The position numbers and the translations under genes were made by a program. DNA of 63,795 nucleotides, counting the filler, from Octopus bimaculoides (lineage: Eukaryota): the NCBI RefSeq assembly GCF_001194135.2. It is 8 parts of 8 records of this genome, joined end to end, with 100 filler letters (N's around TTAATTAATTAA, not from the genome) between each part and the next. Parts side by side here need not be neighbours in the genome. Positions count along the whole stretch, not along the records: positions 48,652 to 53,666 come from NC_068997.1; positions 53,767 to 56,540 come from NW_026303793.1; positions 56,641 to 59,875 come from NC_068986.1; positions 59,976 to 62,606 come from NC_069010.1; positions 62,707 to 63,795 come from NW_026378734.1; 3 more parts are not named here. One strand, written 5' to 3'. Position 1 is the first letter of the stretch. Each line of letters opens with the position of its first letter. Below, piece by piece: positions 51,501 through 63,795 of this stretch. Under the pieces are notes generated by a model. It searched no databases. It had not been told where the DNA came from and saw only the letters and a list, made by a program, of their open reading frames with translations.

Positions 51501-51548
51501 GTCTCTGAAGAAGGGATATATAAAATATCACGGAAACAGCTGTAAGAC
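51501..51548 (+). ncRNA. minimal type I hammerhead motif (second pLTR arm)
   Basis: GTCT-CTGAAGA-A-GGGATAT(ataaa)ATATCAC-G-GAAA-CAGCTG-TA-AGAC; one stem II mismatch relative to the other arm. Confidence 0.7.
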
Positions 51549-51594
51549 CTTCTATTTATAAATGTTCTGAAAACTTTCACAGCCTTGGATTTAT

Positions 51595-51813
51595 CTATTA
51601 AGAAATCTGCAGTTACTCTATCCAGATTACAAGTTCAGGGTTATACCTGTAATTATTGGGGCACTGGAAAAGGTAACACACTACCTAAATACCAATCTTG
51701 AGAAATTAGGCTTCTCAATACCAGAAAGGAGAAAGCTGATTCAAAGACTACTAATCCAAGCCATCACTGGAACAGTAAAAATCTGTAAAATTTTCCAAAA
51801 GTTTATCATTTAA
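51595..51813 (+). mobile_element. Dong/R4-type LINE, C-terminal ORF fragment; 3' UTR continues into (ATAC)n at ~51885
   Basis: Stop-free LLRNLQLLYPDYKFRVIPVIIGALEKVTHYLNTNLEKLGF..QAITGTVKICKIFQKFII* carries the PxxIGALG-like and GTxKI motifs of RLE-type LINE C-termini. Confidence 0.8.
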
Positions 51814-51989
51814 ATATATATGAGCATGTCTCGATATGCAACTGTGTATGAGAATACATACAGAAAACATACAAATACATACATACATACATACATACAT
51901 ACATACATACAAGAGTTGTTTTATTTATTCAGAAAATGTTTCGCGAGGACGTTTCTCTGATTTTGCATTTTTTGTGTGTACAAGTGTAC

Positions 51990-52032
<43 letters not shown>

Positions 52033-54268
52033 CATCTCAGCCCTTGCGTATGTTTATATATTTCGCATACATCCCCCGGGGAAAACAGGACCGGTGTTGG
52101 GTCAAAATAGTAACATACTGAATTGAATGACCATCAAAAGTCTCAGATTTAACTAAATTCTGGGCTAAAATTGGCGATGTAAAAAACCGCCTAGAAGCAA
52201 TACTCCAGCTTGGCCGGAGCCCAGTGAGGGAAAACAATAGCAGAATATGAATGTATGTAAATGTTTATATATATTAACTTACGTGTATTTGTGCTTGGAT
52301 GTAAATGTTTGTGTGTATTTGTGAAATGCATCCATCTGTTCAACCACATACACACACACACAAACAAGCACTCATGGATATAAGTATATGTATATGTGTA
52401 TGTATGTATATAAGTGTATATATGTATATGTGTGCGTGTGTATATAAGTATATATATGTATCTACGTGTGTGCATGTGCGGTGTTCGTGCATTTTACTTG
52501 CCGGCGGCAAAGAGACGCGTCACGTGTCACTGGAAGCGTGCAGAGATGTTGTAGCAATTTTATGGGTGGGGGTGGTGGTGTTGCTGGGGCTGGGAGTGGG
52601 GGATATTCAGGTATAGTAGTGACTGTGATTGTTACAAGATGTTAAGGAATATGGTGATGATGATGATTACGGTGATGTTAATGATGATGATGATGATGAT
52701 GATTTTAATGATGCCGCCGCCGAAGACGACGATGAAGGGAATGATCGAGACGACGACGACGGCGATGATGATGATAATGATAATGATGATGAGGATGATG
52801 ATAATGATATGATGATGATGATAATTATTATTATTTTAATGACGACATCGACAAGGAAGATGACGACGATAATGAGGATGATGATGATGATGAGGATGAC
52901 GACGATGACGATCGAATATAGCTTCGGTGGTTACCATTACTATTAACATTAAATATATTGATGTAGACAGTGCAAGGTGGCATGTACCGAGATGACAGCT
53001 GAGAAAAGGTGGACACAAATTATTATATAGCAAAAGACTTAGGAAATGAGAGAAAGAGACACATCGAGTTGTGTGGAGGATACAAAAAGGCTTGTATTTA
53101 ATTGTATACAAAATACAAAAAGGCTTATTGTATTTAATTAGTGCAGTTTACAGTCTGAGTTCGAATTTCGCTAAGACCAACTTTACTTTTAACTTGTGAC
53201 TCTTTTACAACAGAAGAACAAATTTTATACAGGGGTTAATTTCATCGACACAACTATACTTCAAATTTGCTGTTGGAAAAATAAAAATTAATCTAAAATG
53301 AAATAGTGTAGGGGAGAAAGTCTGGTGAGTGTGATAATTCTGGGCATATTCCAGCCTAATTTGACCTCAGCAACAAAACAGTGTAATACTTTATTACCAG
53401 TTATTAGAACGACTAAATAGCAGAATATAAGAATTTAATGAATCTACTTAGAATCGTATATGACAGTTTAAAAGAAGACAAACAAAGACACACAAATACA
53501 TACATACATACATACATATATATATATGCTTTTTTCGGTTTCTTTCTACCAAATCCACTCACAAGGCTTTGGGTGGCCCGAGGCTATAGTAAAAGACACT
53601 TGCCCAAGGCGCCGCGCAGTGGAACTGAACCCAGAACCATGTGGTTGGGAAGCAAGCTTCTTACCANNNNNNNNNNNNNNNNNNNNNNNNNNNNNNNNNN
53701 NNNNNNNNNNTTAATTAATTAANNNNNNNNNNNNNNNNNNNNNNNNNNNNNNNNNNNNNNNNNNNNTCCCAAATTTTATTTAATTTGCTTTGCGGGAGCA
53801 ACTGTTTTGACGAAGATGCATCTTGCCCTAGTGTTCGAAATGCAGAGTAGATAAAACAGTGGACAACTGATGAAGGGAATGTTCTTTATGTTGCCTGTCT
53901 TGTTTTTCTATTTGTTTCTTTCGTTCTTCGGAAAAAAGTTCGTTTTCCATATTTTTGTATTTCATGTTCTCGTTTTTCATGTTGTTTACATCTTTTGACT
54001 CCTGTACCCATATATTCATGTGTATATATATGTAAGTATGTACATGTATGTATGTATGTATATATATGTATTATTTATATTACATTGTGTGTGTGTGTGC
54101 GTGCGTGTGTTTGTGTGTGTGTTTGTTTGTGTGTGTGTGTGCGTGCGTGTGTTTGTGTGTGTGTTTGTTTGTGTGTGTGTGTGTGCGTGTGTGTGTCATT
54201 GAAGTCATGTTACCACACACGTGCTGTTCGTGAAATTTTTCCTCCTCTGGACTTTTCTATTCTCCTCT

Positions 54269-54295
54269 CTGACGAAGAGCTATACTCGAAACGTT
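54269..54295 (+). ncRNA. hammerhead core in a Penelope-derived repeat (~54215-54365); stem I poor
   Basis: CTGACGA-A-GAG(ctata)CTC-GAAA-CGT-T. Confidence 0.5.
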
Positions 54296-55620
54296 AAAAA
54301 CTTTCCACCTTTTCTGAGCGTTAAACTAATATATTTCTTGTGTACGACCTCTTGTTTTATTTCATTTTATTATTTTTAATAGACGAGTGTTTGTTCAAGT
54401 TTCAATATTTGATTTTACTGCATCTATGTGTGCGCACGTGTGCATGCGCGCGAATTTATATTTATGCATGCAGAAATGTGTAACTGCATGTATGTATATA
54501 ACTTTAATGCACGCGTGGAGAATCTGGGTGCTATTTCTGACTGGTCGAGCGACTACATAGACACTCCATCGTCGATGTAGTAGTAGTAGTAGTAGTAGCA
54601 GCAGCAGCAGCAGCAGCAGTAGTATTAGTAGTAGTAGTAGTAGTAGTAGCAACAACAGTAGCCTCGTCCGTGTTGTTCTTTTAAGTCCGAGTAAGCCCTG
54701 TGTATCAGCAAACCTATGGTCAAAAGCGTTCCAACCATAGCCATACCAAGATTATATAATGCATATTTAGCCATTTATTGCTTATGCATTATTTATATAA
54801 GAATCCTTTTAGACCAAAAGACATCATCTATATATATAGAAGATGTCTTGGTTTGTAAGGATTNNNNNNNNNNNNNNNNNNNNNNNNNNNNNNNNNNNNN
54901 NNNNNNNNNNNNNNNNNNNNNNNNNNNNNNNNNNNNNNNNNNNNNNNNNNNNNNNNNNNNNNNNNNNNNNNNNNNNNNNNNNNNNNNNNNNNNNNNNNNN
55001 NNNNNNNNNNNNNNNNNNNNNNNNNNNNNNNNNNNNNNNNNNNNNNNNNNNNNNNNNNNNNNNNNNNNNNNNNNNNNNNNNNNNNNNNNNNNNNNNNNNN
55101 NNNNNNNNNNNNNNNNNNNNNNNNNNNNNNNNNNNNNNNNNNNNNNNNNNNNNNNNNNNNNNNNNNNNNNNNNNNNNNNNNNNNNNNNNNNNNNNNNNNN
55201 NNNNNNNNNNNNNNNNNNNNNNNNNNNNNNNNNNNNNNNNNNNNNNNNNNNNNNNNNNNNNNNNNNNNNNNNNNNNNNNNNNNNNNNNNNNNNNNNNNNN
55301 NNNNNNNNNNNNNNNNNNNNNNNNNNNNNNNNNNNNNNNNNNNNNNNNNNNNNNNNNNNNNNNNNNNNNNNNNNNNNNNNNNNNNNNNNNNNNNNNNNNN
55401 NNNNNNNNNNNNNNNNNNNNNNNNNNNNNNNNNNNNNNNNNNNNNNNNNNNNNNNNNNNNNNNNNNNNNNNNNNNNNNNNNNNNNNNNNNNNNNNNNNNN
55501 NNNNNNNNNNNNNNNNNNNNNNNNNNNNNNNNNNNNNNNNNNNNNNNNNNNNNNNNNNNNNNNNNNNNNNNNNNNNNNNNNNNNNNNAAGAGGAAAAACC
55601 AACCAATTCCGCAGGTGTTG

Positions 55621-55625
55621 TTATG

Positions 55626-55676
<51 letters not shown>

Positions 55677-55696
55677 AGTAACTAATAATAATAATG

Positions 55697-55739
<43 letters not shown>

Positions 55740-55802
55740 TAATAATAATAATGATAATAATAATAATGATAAAAATTATAATGATAATAACAACAACAAC
55801 AA

Positions 55803-55880
<78 letters not shown>
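55621..55880. repeat. compound trinucleotide microsatellite (AGT)n(AAT)n(AAC)n(AAT)n; representative of very many (AT)n, (AC)n, (ATAC)n, (AG)n and triplet tracts across the window
   Basis: Directly visible; these tracts generate most of the low-complexity ORFs in the track. Confidence 0.95.
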
Positions 55881-55883
<3 letters not shown>

Positions 55884-56501
55884 CAACAACAGCGACAAAT
55901 ACACACTCGCGCGCGTTTGCAGGCAGATAATTATGTATATATATAATATAATACGTAGATGATATACACATACATAGATACACAAAACGCGCGCGTGCGC
56001 GCACAGACGTAGGTGTGTGGTTGTGTGGTAAGAAGTTTGTTTCTCAACCACATGGTTCCGGTTTCAGTCCCACTATGTGACACCTTGGTCAGGTATCTTC
56101 TTATAGCCCAAGATCGAATCGACCGTATGTTAAACATGGGTTTCTTAACGACAAAGTAAACTTCATTTAATCAAGATATCCTTAAGAGTATCCTGCGCAT
56201 ACACCTCACTTGGATATTTACCACTTCCGAGGTTCTGCTTGCTATGAAGCATATGTAGTCAGGATTTTATCTACTTCATTGCTTAACTATCGGATTTTTA
56301 TTCGAAAACCTGGCAACGCTGGCAACCCTTGGGTGCCAACCGTGAAATATAAAATAATTTTTTTCAGCTTATTGTACTTCGATACGGAAAAAAATTCACA
56401 ACCTTCCGCCCCAATAAACCACTTCTGTTCCTGAACGTTGTTTTTTCATAATTTCTACGGATTGCTTGAAGCTCACTTTCTTCCTACACTTCGATCCTTG
56501 G

Positions 56502-56540
<39 letters not shown>

Positions 56541-56640
56541 NNNNNNNNNNNNNNNNNNNNNNNNNNNNNNNNNNNNNNNNNNNNTTAATTAATTAANNNN
56601 NNNNNNNNNNNNNNNNNNNNNNNNNNNNNNNNNNNNNNNN

Positions 56641-56672
<32 letters not shown>

Positions 56673-57646
56673 CTATTATTATTATTATATGTATTTATTT
56701 TCCCCTAATTAATAAATAACTCGGACAAAATAAATTGGTTAATAGATACCAGGGTAGCAAAGATCACAAAATAACTGTGGTGTAACTCCTGTTTATGAGG
56801 TAGAAACTCCTTGATATTTTGGGTACTTGACTATATACATATATATACACATATTTTTTTACATATACATACATAAGCACATACATATACACACATACAT
56901 ACATACACGCGCAAACACACACATATATATACGCATCCCCCCCCACACACATATATGTATATATATAAACATAAACATATATATGCACATTTTTAACATC
57001 GCCGATTCCTATGGATCGTATAAATTGTAATTCTTCGAAACATGTTGGAAATTAAAGTATCCAGTCATTAATTTTATATATATTTATATATATATATATA
57101 TATNNNNNNNNNNNNNNNNNNNNNNNNNNNNNNNNNNNNNNNNNNNNNNNNNNNNNNNNNNNNNNNNNNNNNNNNNNNNNNNNNNNNNNNNNNNNNNNNN
57201 NNNNNNNNNNNNNNNNNNNNNNNNNNNNNNNNNNNNNNNNNNNNNNNNNNNNNNNNNNNNNNNNNNNNNNNNNNNNNNNNNNNNNNNNNNNNNNNNNNNN
57301 NNNNNNNNNNNNNNNNNNNNNNNNNNNNNNNNNNNNNNNNNNNNNNNNNNNNNNNNNNNNNNNNNNNNNNNNNNNNNNNNNNNNNNNNNNNNNNNNNNNN
57401 NNNNNNNNNNNNNNNNNNNNNNNNNNNNNNNNNNNNNNNNNNNNNNNNNNNNNNNNNNNNNNNNNNNNNNNNNNNNNNNNNNNNNNNNNNNNNNNNNNNN
57501 NNNNNNNNNNNNNNNNNNNNNNNNNNNNNNNNNNNNNNNNNNNNNNNNNNNNNNNNNNNNNNNNNNNNNNNNNNNNNNNNNNNNNNNNNNNNNNNNNNNN
57601 NNNNNNNNNNNNNNNNNNNNNNNNNNNNNNNNNNNNNNNNNNNNNN

Positions 57647-57733
57647 GTGTCTCCTACAATAGCCTCGGGCCGGCCAAAATCTTGTGTGTAGATTTGGTAG
57701 ACGAAAACTGAAAGAAGCCCATTGAGTGTGTGT

Positions 57734-57780
<47 letters not shown>

Positions 57781-57990
57781 CCCATTGTGTGTATGTACAT
57801 GTTTGTGTGTGTGTGTGTGTCTCTGTGCCTGTGTCTGTCCCCCCACCACCACTTGTTGGTTTGTTTACGTCTCCGGAAAAGAGACTGACAGAGTAAGTAC
57901 CAGGCGTGGGAAAAAAAGTACTGGAATCGATTCTTTCAACTAAAAATTCAAGGCGGTGCTCCAGCATGGCTGCAGTCAAAGGACTGAAAC
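57647..57990 (+). mobile_element. SINE family A (5' end lost in gap); further pieces at ~20219, 26360, 40775, 40940, 53525, 56020, 58790 and 61340
   Basis: tagcctcgggccggcc..gatttggtagacgaaaactgaaagaagccc..aaggcggtgctccagcatggctgcagtcaaa. Confidence 0.8.
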
Positions 57991-59044
57991 AAGCAAATAT
58001 TGCAAGAGGAACAAACAAGTAACAAATATTATCGAAATTCAGATACATTCAAATCTAAACGCAACACATTCTACGCTGTTTGAAATAATAACTAGTTATT
58101 TGCAGCATCTCTGTCGAAATGAATGTAATAGATTTTTGTATTTGTATTAGATTATTTTAATTATACATAACACATAGGCGCGCGCGCACATACTCACATG
58201 TTATATTTCAATTAATTACTCAGAGAAGCGATACACTTCAAGAGCTGTAATTGATTTAATGTTGTGGGCATCAGCAATCTAATGAGACATCGTTGCGCGA
58301 TGAAAAAAGTACAGTAGTACTCGAGTGAATTGTATTCGCTTAATCATTTCAGCATGTACGGGACTTAACTGTGGATATGTCTTGGTCTTATTAGATCTCC
58401 TCAGCTGATCAATAACTACAACGTATAGATGCCTAAATTGTGATGTGAGAAGCATTAAGGACTTTCAAAATGCTGCACACAAGTAAACATGAAACACTAG
58501 AATATTTAATATACTACTGAAGTATATGTTGCTATTAGAGCTAAATCGTGTTATCAATAAATGTGTATACGTATACACCGCGTGCACATACAAGCACACG
58601 TGTGCGCACACACACACTCACTATTTCGGTCTTGCTAGTCTGAGTTTCGTCTGTGAGTGCTCAAAGTCTTCTGGCAAGTTACGATAGAGTCATAACTCTG
58701 CGTCCATAAGTGAAGCTCAGATTAGTAAGAGACTCACTACACCAAAAGAAAATATATATTAATCTCTATTATGGCATTGTGTGTGAGTGTGTGTATGTCA
58801 TTGCTTATGTGTTTGTCCCCCGCCCCATCACCACGTGACAACCAGTCTTGTTATGTTTACGCCTCTGTAACTTAGAGGATCAGCAAAGCGAGTGATAGAA
58901 TAAGTACTAGGTTTTAAAAAGTAAACTCTGAGGTTGAATTGTAAGGAATAAAAAAGAAACTCTCGAGTCGGTGCTCCAGCATGGCCGTAGTTAAATGTCT
59001 GAAACAAATAAAATAATAAAACAATATTTATATCTATTTTTTTA

Positions 59045-59251
59045 TTGCCCACAGAGGAGCTAAAACATAGAGGAGACAAACAAGGACAGACAAAGGGATT
59101 AAGTCGATGACATCGTCCCCAGTATGTAACTGGTACTTATTTAATCGAGCCCGAAAGGATAAAAGATAAAGTCGACCACGACGGAATTTGAACTCAGAGC
59201 GTAACGGCAGACGAAATACAGCATGCTAACGATTCTGCCAGCTCGCCGCCC
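59045..59251 (-). mobile_element. SINE family B, minus strand
   Basis: actggtacttatttaatcgagcccgaaaggataaaagataaagtcgacc..gaatttgaactcagagcgtaa..taacgattctgccagctcgcc. Confidence 0.8.
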
Positions 59252-59380
59252 TAAAACAACATCTATATGCGTCAGCATAAAATTCGCATCATATGTTACT
59301 AGGTCGCAACGCCTCTATTGCAGTAAATTCTTGTTTTATAGCGGTTCGTTAACCATTGTGGCTGTATAAACTATATGAGT

Positions 59381-59765
59381 TGTTGGCACTCCGTCGCTTA
59401 CGACGTCTAGGGTTCCAGTTGATCCGATCAACGGAACAGCCTGCTCGTGAAATTAACGTGCAAGTTACTCCACAGCACTCCACAGACACATGTATACTTA
59501 ACGTAGTTCTCGGGAATATTCAGCGTGACACAGTGTGACAAGGCTGACCCTTTGAATTACAGGCACAACAGAAACAGGAAGTAAGAGTGAGAGAAAGTTG
59601 TGGTGAAAGAGTACAGCAGGGTTCGCCACCATCCCCTGCCGGAGCTTCGTGGAGCTTTAGGTGTTTTCGCTCAATAAACACTCACAACGCCCAGTCTGGG
59701 AATCAAAACTGCAATCCTATGACCGCGAGTCCGCTGCCCTAACCACTAGGCCATTGCGCCTCCAC
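59381..59765 (-). mobile_element. full-length tRNA-headed SINE (distinct family) with 11-bp TSD
   Basis: Minus-strand head gtggaggcgcaaTGGCCTAGTGGttagggcagcggactcgcggtc..; TSD ACTATATGAGT at 59370-59380 and 59766-59776. Confidence 0.9.
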
Positions 59766-59975
59766 ACTATATGAGTACACTTTGATATTAAACGTGTGGC
59801 TCAGCTATTTTCACTTGTTGTCTGGAAGACGAGACATAGGTTTCTATAAAAAAATGAAATCAGTTACACGAAAAGNNNNNNNNNNNNNNNNNNNNNNNNN
59901 NNNNNNNNNNNNNNNNNNNTTAATTAATTAANNNNNNNNNNNNNNNNNNNNNNNNNNNNNNNNNNNNNNNNNNNN

Positions 59976-60393
59976 GATAAGGAGGAGAAGGGTTTGTAGA
60001 TAGGGAGAAGGGTGAGACGAGAAGTAGGAGGGAAAGAGGTGAGGAGAAGGTGAATTAAAGTGTTGATACACAATGGGAAATTGTACTGACTAATGGAGTT
60101 GGTGAAAGAAAATAATTCATAGATTGTATAGAGCCATAGAAGCACATGTAGAATGCCATGAATCGAAAACGACACACGAGAAATGGGAAAAAAAAGCAGT
60201 TGAAAAATTTTTAAAGAGATGAAACAGGGACATGATGAACATGAACAATGTAGATGAAAATGGTGAAGAAGTCGAAAGAGGCAGATATGAAACGCATAAT
60301 AGAAAGACGATGAGGAAAATGACAACGAAAATCAGAATGAAGAAGATATCTATGAATATAAATAGTACAGTCCCACATAGCCTTATATGCACA
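59976..60393 (+). repeat. ~420-bp direct duplication, copy 1 (copy 2 at 62179-62606)
   Basis: Both copies run gataaggaggagaagggtttgt...cagtcccacatagccttatatgcaca, with scattered substitutions and a short indel; each abuts a spacer gap. Confidence 0.9.
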
Positions 60394-60666
60394 TACACAC
60401 ATGCAATTTCGTCCAGGGTGTCAATCGCTGATGTACGATTGATACGCATACATTCTCACATACGCATTAAAACTCTCAAATACCCTCACACAAAAATTGC
60501 GCGGGACAATATAAATTAGAGAAGAATAAAGTGTGAAGAAAAGCATGATGTGAAGACAATCAGTATTTAGAACTATCCTTGGATGAATTGCTGATACTAT
60601 AATGATGAAGATGTCTGGGGCATGAAAGTGTTTTGATAAGAATTTCTATTTTAGAAAAATATTATA

Positions 60667-61170
60667 TTGCGTCATGCAATAAATAACGCGTTTATTTTTA
60701 TACTTTTATTTTTCAAAATTAAAATGAACAAAGTTAATTTTTAATGTAAACTATACTCGCCTTCCTTTTCTACAATGCTCTTTCATCTATCTGGTAGACT
60801 TACAAGGCCCCTCTACCAAAATTCACTTGTCCATGACGAAAAACACTCCTCCTCTACTGCTCTGACCTCTTATACAGAATTCATATTGTTTCCGTCCAAA
60901 TGATTTTGAAGATTGCAGAAGAAATCATAATCACACGGGGCAATATTCCACGAATATGGTGGCTGGGGCATCGTTTCCCAGTCAAAATGCTCCAGCCATT
61001 GGATCGTCATTCTTGCTGTATGTGGCTGGGCATTATCCTGATGGAAGACCACCTTCCGTTTTGGAACGAAAGATGGGTGTTTTCTTCCAGCGCTCAATTA
61101 AGCCACTAAAGCTGCTTGAAGTAGATCTTAGTTATCGTTTGGTCTGGTTTAAAAAATACCAAGTGGACTA
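60667..61170 (-). mobile_element. mariner transposase C-terminal half (decayed) with one TIR
   Basis: VFHQDNAQPHTARMT..LEHFDWETMPQPPYSWNIAPCDYDFFCNLQNHLDG (DD34D region), then ..GLVSLPDR*KSIVEKEGEY; TA plus TIR-like TTGCGTCATGCAATAAATAACGCG at 60667. Confidence 0.9.
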
Positions 61171-61877
61171 AATTTTTNNNNNNNNNNTATTTCTGCAGGC
61201 TTGTTACTTATGCAGTTGGGCAGTTATTTAGTTGGGAACCGTTAAGTGACAACGTGGGAAACACACCAGATTGTTAAGAGGTGGTTGGAGACAAAATGAA
61301 ACGCAAAGACACTCATATATGCATCATACATACATCATACGACTGGCTTGTTTCAGTTTCCGTCTACAAAATCCACTCAAAGGAATTGGTTGACTCGAAG
61401 TAAAAGGAAAATTCACGCGTACGGGGTGCCACAGGGTGCCACAGAGTGCCACTGAGTTTAGGAGCATGTGGTTTGTAGGAACCTTCTTACTACATTAACA
61501 CCTGTGCCTGTATATCTATGTGTGTATGTGTGCGTGTGCACGTGCGTGTGTATGCGCGTCTGTAAATGTGATTGTGTATGCGTATTTAACTCAGAAAGTT
61601 TCTGAAATCGCTGTTCCTCGAAAAAAAAAACGAATTCCTTTTTGAAATCTGAAAAATCCCTAAATATTAATAAAACTTGTAATCGTTACGTGTAGTAACT
61701 CTCGATGAAAGTATGTCCCTCACGCTTTGTCTTTATCTGTATGTGAGTAATGTATTTCATTAGTGTGACAGGATGATTTATAAACAGTTCGCTCCCAGAA
61801 AGACACATACACTCGTACATATCTTCATACACCGATAAACGGAAATACAATGATAGAATATAAATTTGAAAAGCAGG

Positions 61878-61922
<45 letters not shown>

Positions 61923-63393
61923 ATAAAGAGAAGACATGAAATTTCTAGTGATATTACGTGAACTAAATATTATTAACAAAGATTGAACTTACAATTTCTG
62001 TAAATTGGTAAGATTTTGGAAGATTCCATGTTCGATTTTCTCAATCTTATTAAAACTCAAAGTTCTGTTAAATAAAACAGATTATAAAAGAAGCAGTACA
62101 GAAAAGCTTTCTGAGAAAACAAAATTTTGAGTCTTAAAATCAGATGAAAAACAGGGTTATGAAAAAGAAGAGTGTCATGATAAGGAGGAGAAGGGTTTGT
62201 ACATAGGGAGAAGGGTGAGACGAGAAGTAGAAGGAGAGAAGGAGGAGAGAAGGAGGAGAGAAGGTGGAATAAAGTGCTGATACACAATGGGAAATTGAAC
62301 AGACTAATGGAGTTGGTGAAAGAAAATAATTCATAGATTGTATAGAACCATAGAAGCACATGCAGAATGCCATGACTCGAAAACGACACACGAGAAATGG
62401 AAAAAAAAGCAGTTGAAAAATTTAAAAAGAGATGAAACAGGGACATGATAAACATGAACAATGTAGAGGAAAATGGTGAAGAAGTCGAAAGAGGCAGATA
62501 TGAAACGCATAATAGAAAGACGATGAGGAAAATGACAACGAAAATCAGAATGAAGAAGATATCTATGAATATAAATAGTACAGTCCCACATAGCCTTATA
62601 TGCACANNNNNNNNNNNNNNNNNNNNNNNNNNNNNNNNNNNNNNNNNNNNTTAATTAATTAANNNNNNNNNNNNNNNNNNNNNNNNNNNNNNNNNNNNNN
62701 NNNNNNATTAGCATAGCACGTTTGTCTGTTTTTCTTTAATCTCATTCGTATTTCTAAAACAGCAAAATAGAGAATCCAAGAATGTACTTACATATTTGTA
62801 TATGTGTGTGTGTGTGAGTGTATGTATGCAGGTATGTGTGTGTGCACGCATGCGGATTTGTATATCTGCATATGTATATATGTGTATATGTATATATATA
62901 TATAAATATCTGTTTATATGCATAATTATGTACACTTACATAAGTGTTTGTATGTGTGTGTGTGTGTGTAAGTGTGTGTGTTTATACATATATGCATGTT
63001 TGTGTGCATGCGCACGTGCATATATATACACATGTATGTGCATAAATATCTGTTTATAAACGTATAGTAGCCTTGAATCTGGGTTAGAAACCGGCTCTTT
63101 CTCTATTGACAAGGAATCTTGAAATAAAACTGAACATTGACATACATACATACATACATACATACATAAACATACATACGTACTCACATATATGCATGTA
63201 AATATACGCATGCATATGTTCAAACATATATACATACAAATATACATGCATGCATGCAAATATACATACGTACATATATTACATGCATACATGCATATAT
63301 AGACATACATACGTACATACAAACACATATATACATACACACATATATGCAAATGTATATACATACGTACGTACATATATACATACAGATATA

Positions 63394-63703
63394 CTGTAAT
63401 CCCTCGACTATCGCGGGAGTTTCGTTCCACCGCCACCTACCATCGCGATAAGTGAAAATCCACAAAGTAGAAACAGTACTGTATATATTTTTATGTATTA
63501 TTTTTATAATTTTTATATATTTATTTTATTATAATTGCAAAACAACACCACGGAGGAATCGACGTAAGCTTAAATAATAAACCGCGATAGGTGAACCGCG
63601 ATAGGTGAACCGCGATAGGTGAACCGCGATAGGTGAACCGTGATAGGCAAACCGCGATATGTGAACCGCGATAGGTGAACCGCGATATGGCTAGGGATTA
63701 GTC
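63394..63703. mobile_element. Tc1/pogo-like MITE with an expanded 14-bp subterminal tandem repeat
   Basis: TA-flanked degenerate TIRs (ctgtaatccctcgactatcgcgg / ccgcgatatggctagggattagtc); ACCGCGATAGGTGA repeated about 7.5 times from 63581. Confidence 0.7.
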
Positions 63704-63795
63704 TACTTACGCACATTACATACATTACATACATGCATGCATACATACATACGCGCATACATACATAAATACTTACATACATACATACATACATA

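Larger units (their letters stand above)
51139..51548. repeat. inverted pair of 112-bp Penelope pLTR-like arms (51139-51250 and 51437-51548)
   Basis: The arms are near-perfect reverse complements and each carries a hammerhead motif at its outer end. Confidence 0.9.

Overview
Eukaryotic, AT-rich, microsatellite-saturated draft-assembly sequence with many N gaps. The SINE families and repeat landscape are those I associate with Octopus (inference). One host gene is supportable: a DUSP1/2/4/5-class MAP-kinase phosphatase on the + strand, with three coding exons at 10673-10770, 11501-11720 and 12232-12569. Its first (rhodanese/KIM) coding exon is not recognisable in the window. The rest is mostly transposable-element debris: several tRNA-headed SINE families, RTE, Dong/R4 and Penelope retroelement fragments, an internally deleted Helitron, mariner pieces and MITEs (one Merlin-like with an 8-bp TSD). 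The most interesting signals are: (i) a tRNA-headed, TSD-flanked SINE-like unit carrying a Penelope-type minimal hammerhead ribozyme (22671-22910); (ii) a Penelope GIY-YIG fragment with an inverted pair of hammerhead-bearing pLTRs (50653-51548); (iii) an RTE LINE with a twin-priming-style 5' inversion (46490-47291). Nearly all ORFs in the supplied track are microsatellite or N-gap artefacts. Repeat boundaries and family names were read by eye and are approximate unless a TSD or TIR is quoted.
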